A stretch of 63,672 nucleotides of DNA, counting the filler, from Octopus bimaculoides (taxonomy: Eukaryota): assembly GCF_001194135.2 (NCBI RefSeq). It is 6 parts of 6 records of this genome, joined end to end, with 100 filler letters (N's around TTAATTAATTAA, not from the genome) between each part and the next. Parts side by side here need not be neighbours in the genome. Positions count along the whole stretch, not along the records: positions 62,506 to 63,672 come from NW_026307318.1; 5 more parts are not named here. One strand, given 5' to 3'. A program made the translations under genes and the position numbers. The number at the start of each line of letters is the position of its first letter. The stretch's first letter is position 1. Positions 63,420-63,672 of the stretch are shown piece by piece. Under the pieces are notes generated by a model, which was not told the DNA's origin, searched no databases, and saw only the letters and a list, made by a program, of their open reading frames with translations.

Positions 63420-63672
63420 TTTGTCTTTTACTTGTTTCAGTCATTAAACTGGGGCAATGCCTTGAAAAATTGCTAGTCGAATAAATCAACCCTAATACAT
63501 TTACCTTTCTGCTCCTTACATTTTTACTTGTGTCAGTCATTTGATTGCGGCCATGCTGGAGTACCGCCTTTTCAGTCGAACAAATCAACCTCAGGGCTTA
63601 TTCTTTGTAAGCCCAGTACTTATGCCGAATCGCTAAGTTACGGGGACGTAAGCACACCAACATCGGTTGTCA
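63420..63672 (-). mobile_element. Two SINE-A 3' ends (second runs off the window)
   Basis: TTACTTGTTTCAGTC and TTACTTGTGTCAGTCATTTGATTGCGGCCATGCTGGAG. Confidence 0.85.

Overview
Eukaryotic, AT-rich, microsatellite- and transposon-dense DNA. The SINE and RTE families and the (TA)n/(CA)n/(TACA)n load look like a cephalopod (Octopus-type) genome; that is inference from pattern recognition, not a search. No intact protein-coding gene, rRNA, functional tRNA or CRISPR array is visible. Contents: (i) a degraded Ty3/Gypsy LTR retrotransposon (705-6020, minus) with a young RTE 3' end inserted in its RT; (ii) many pieces of a young RTE LINE with a (GAT)n tail; (iii) two Penelope-like fragments and a solo terminal repeat; (iv) a mariner relic and a mariner-derived MITE; (v) an R4/Dong-like fragment sitting inside (TAA)n; (vi) two LINE ORF1-like relics; (vii) tRNA-headed SINEs and other recurrent repeats given working names here. 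SINE-A has the head GGCTGTGTGGTAAG, an internal (TA)n(TG)n and a GACTGAAACAAG(TAAAAGAG)n tail. SINE-B contains GTTCAAATTCC...CTTTGCCTTTCATCC. SINE-C has the head GGC(A/G)CATGGCT...GTGGTTAGAG. SINE-D has a (CAA)n tail. Repeat-F contains GATCTAGGTTAGAAAC and repeat-G contains GCTAGAAATAGCAGCCAAATCT. Five identical 100-bp N44-TTAATTAATTAA-N44 linkers show the window joins six scaffolds, so adjacency across them is unproven. Best leads: three hammerhead-ribozyme-like motifs in Penelope-type ends (one in a tRNA-headed fold-back element), a tRNA-Asp-headed mini-SINE, an amplified 62-bp unit in the RTE 3' UTR, and a duplicated candidate signal-peptide exon. Most repeat boundaries are approximate (about 10-20 bp).
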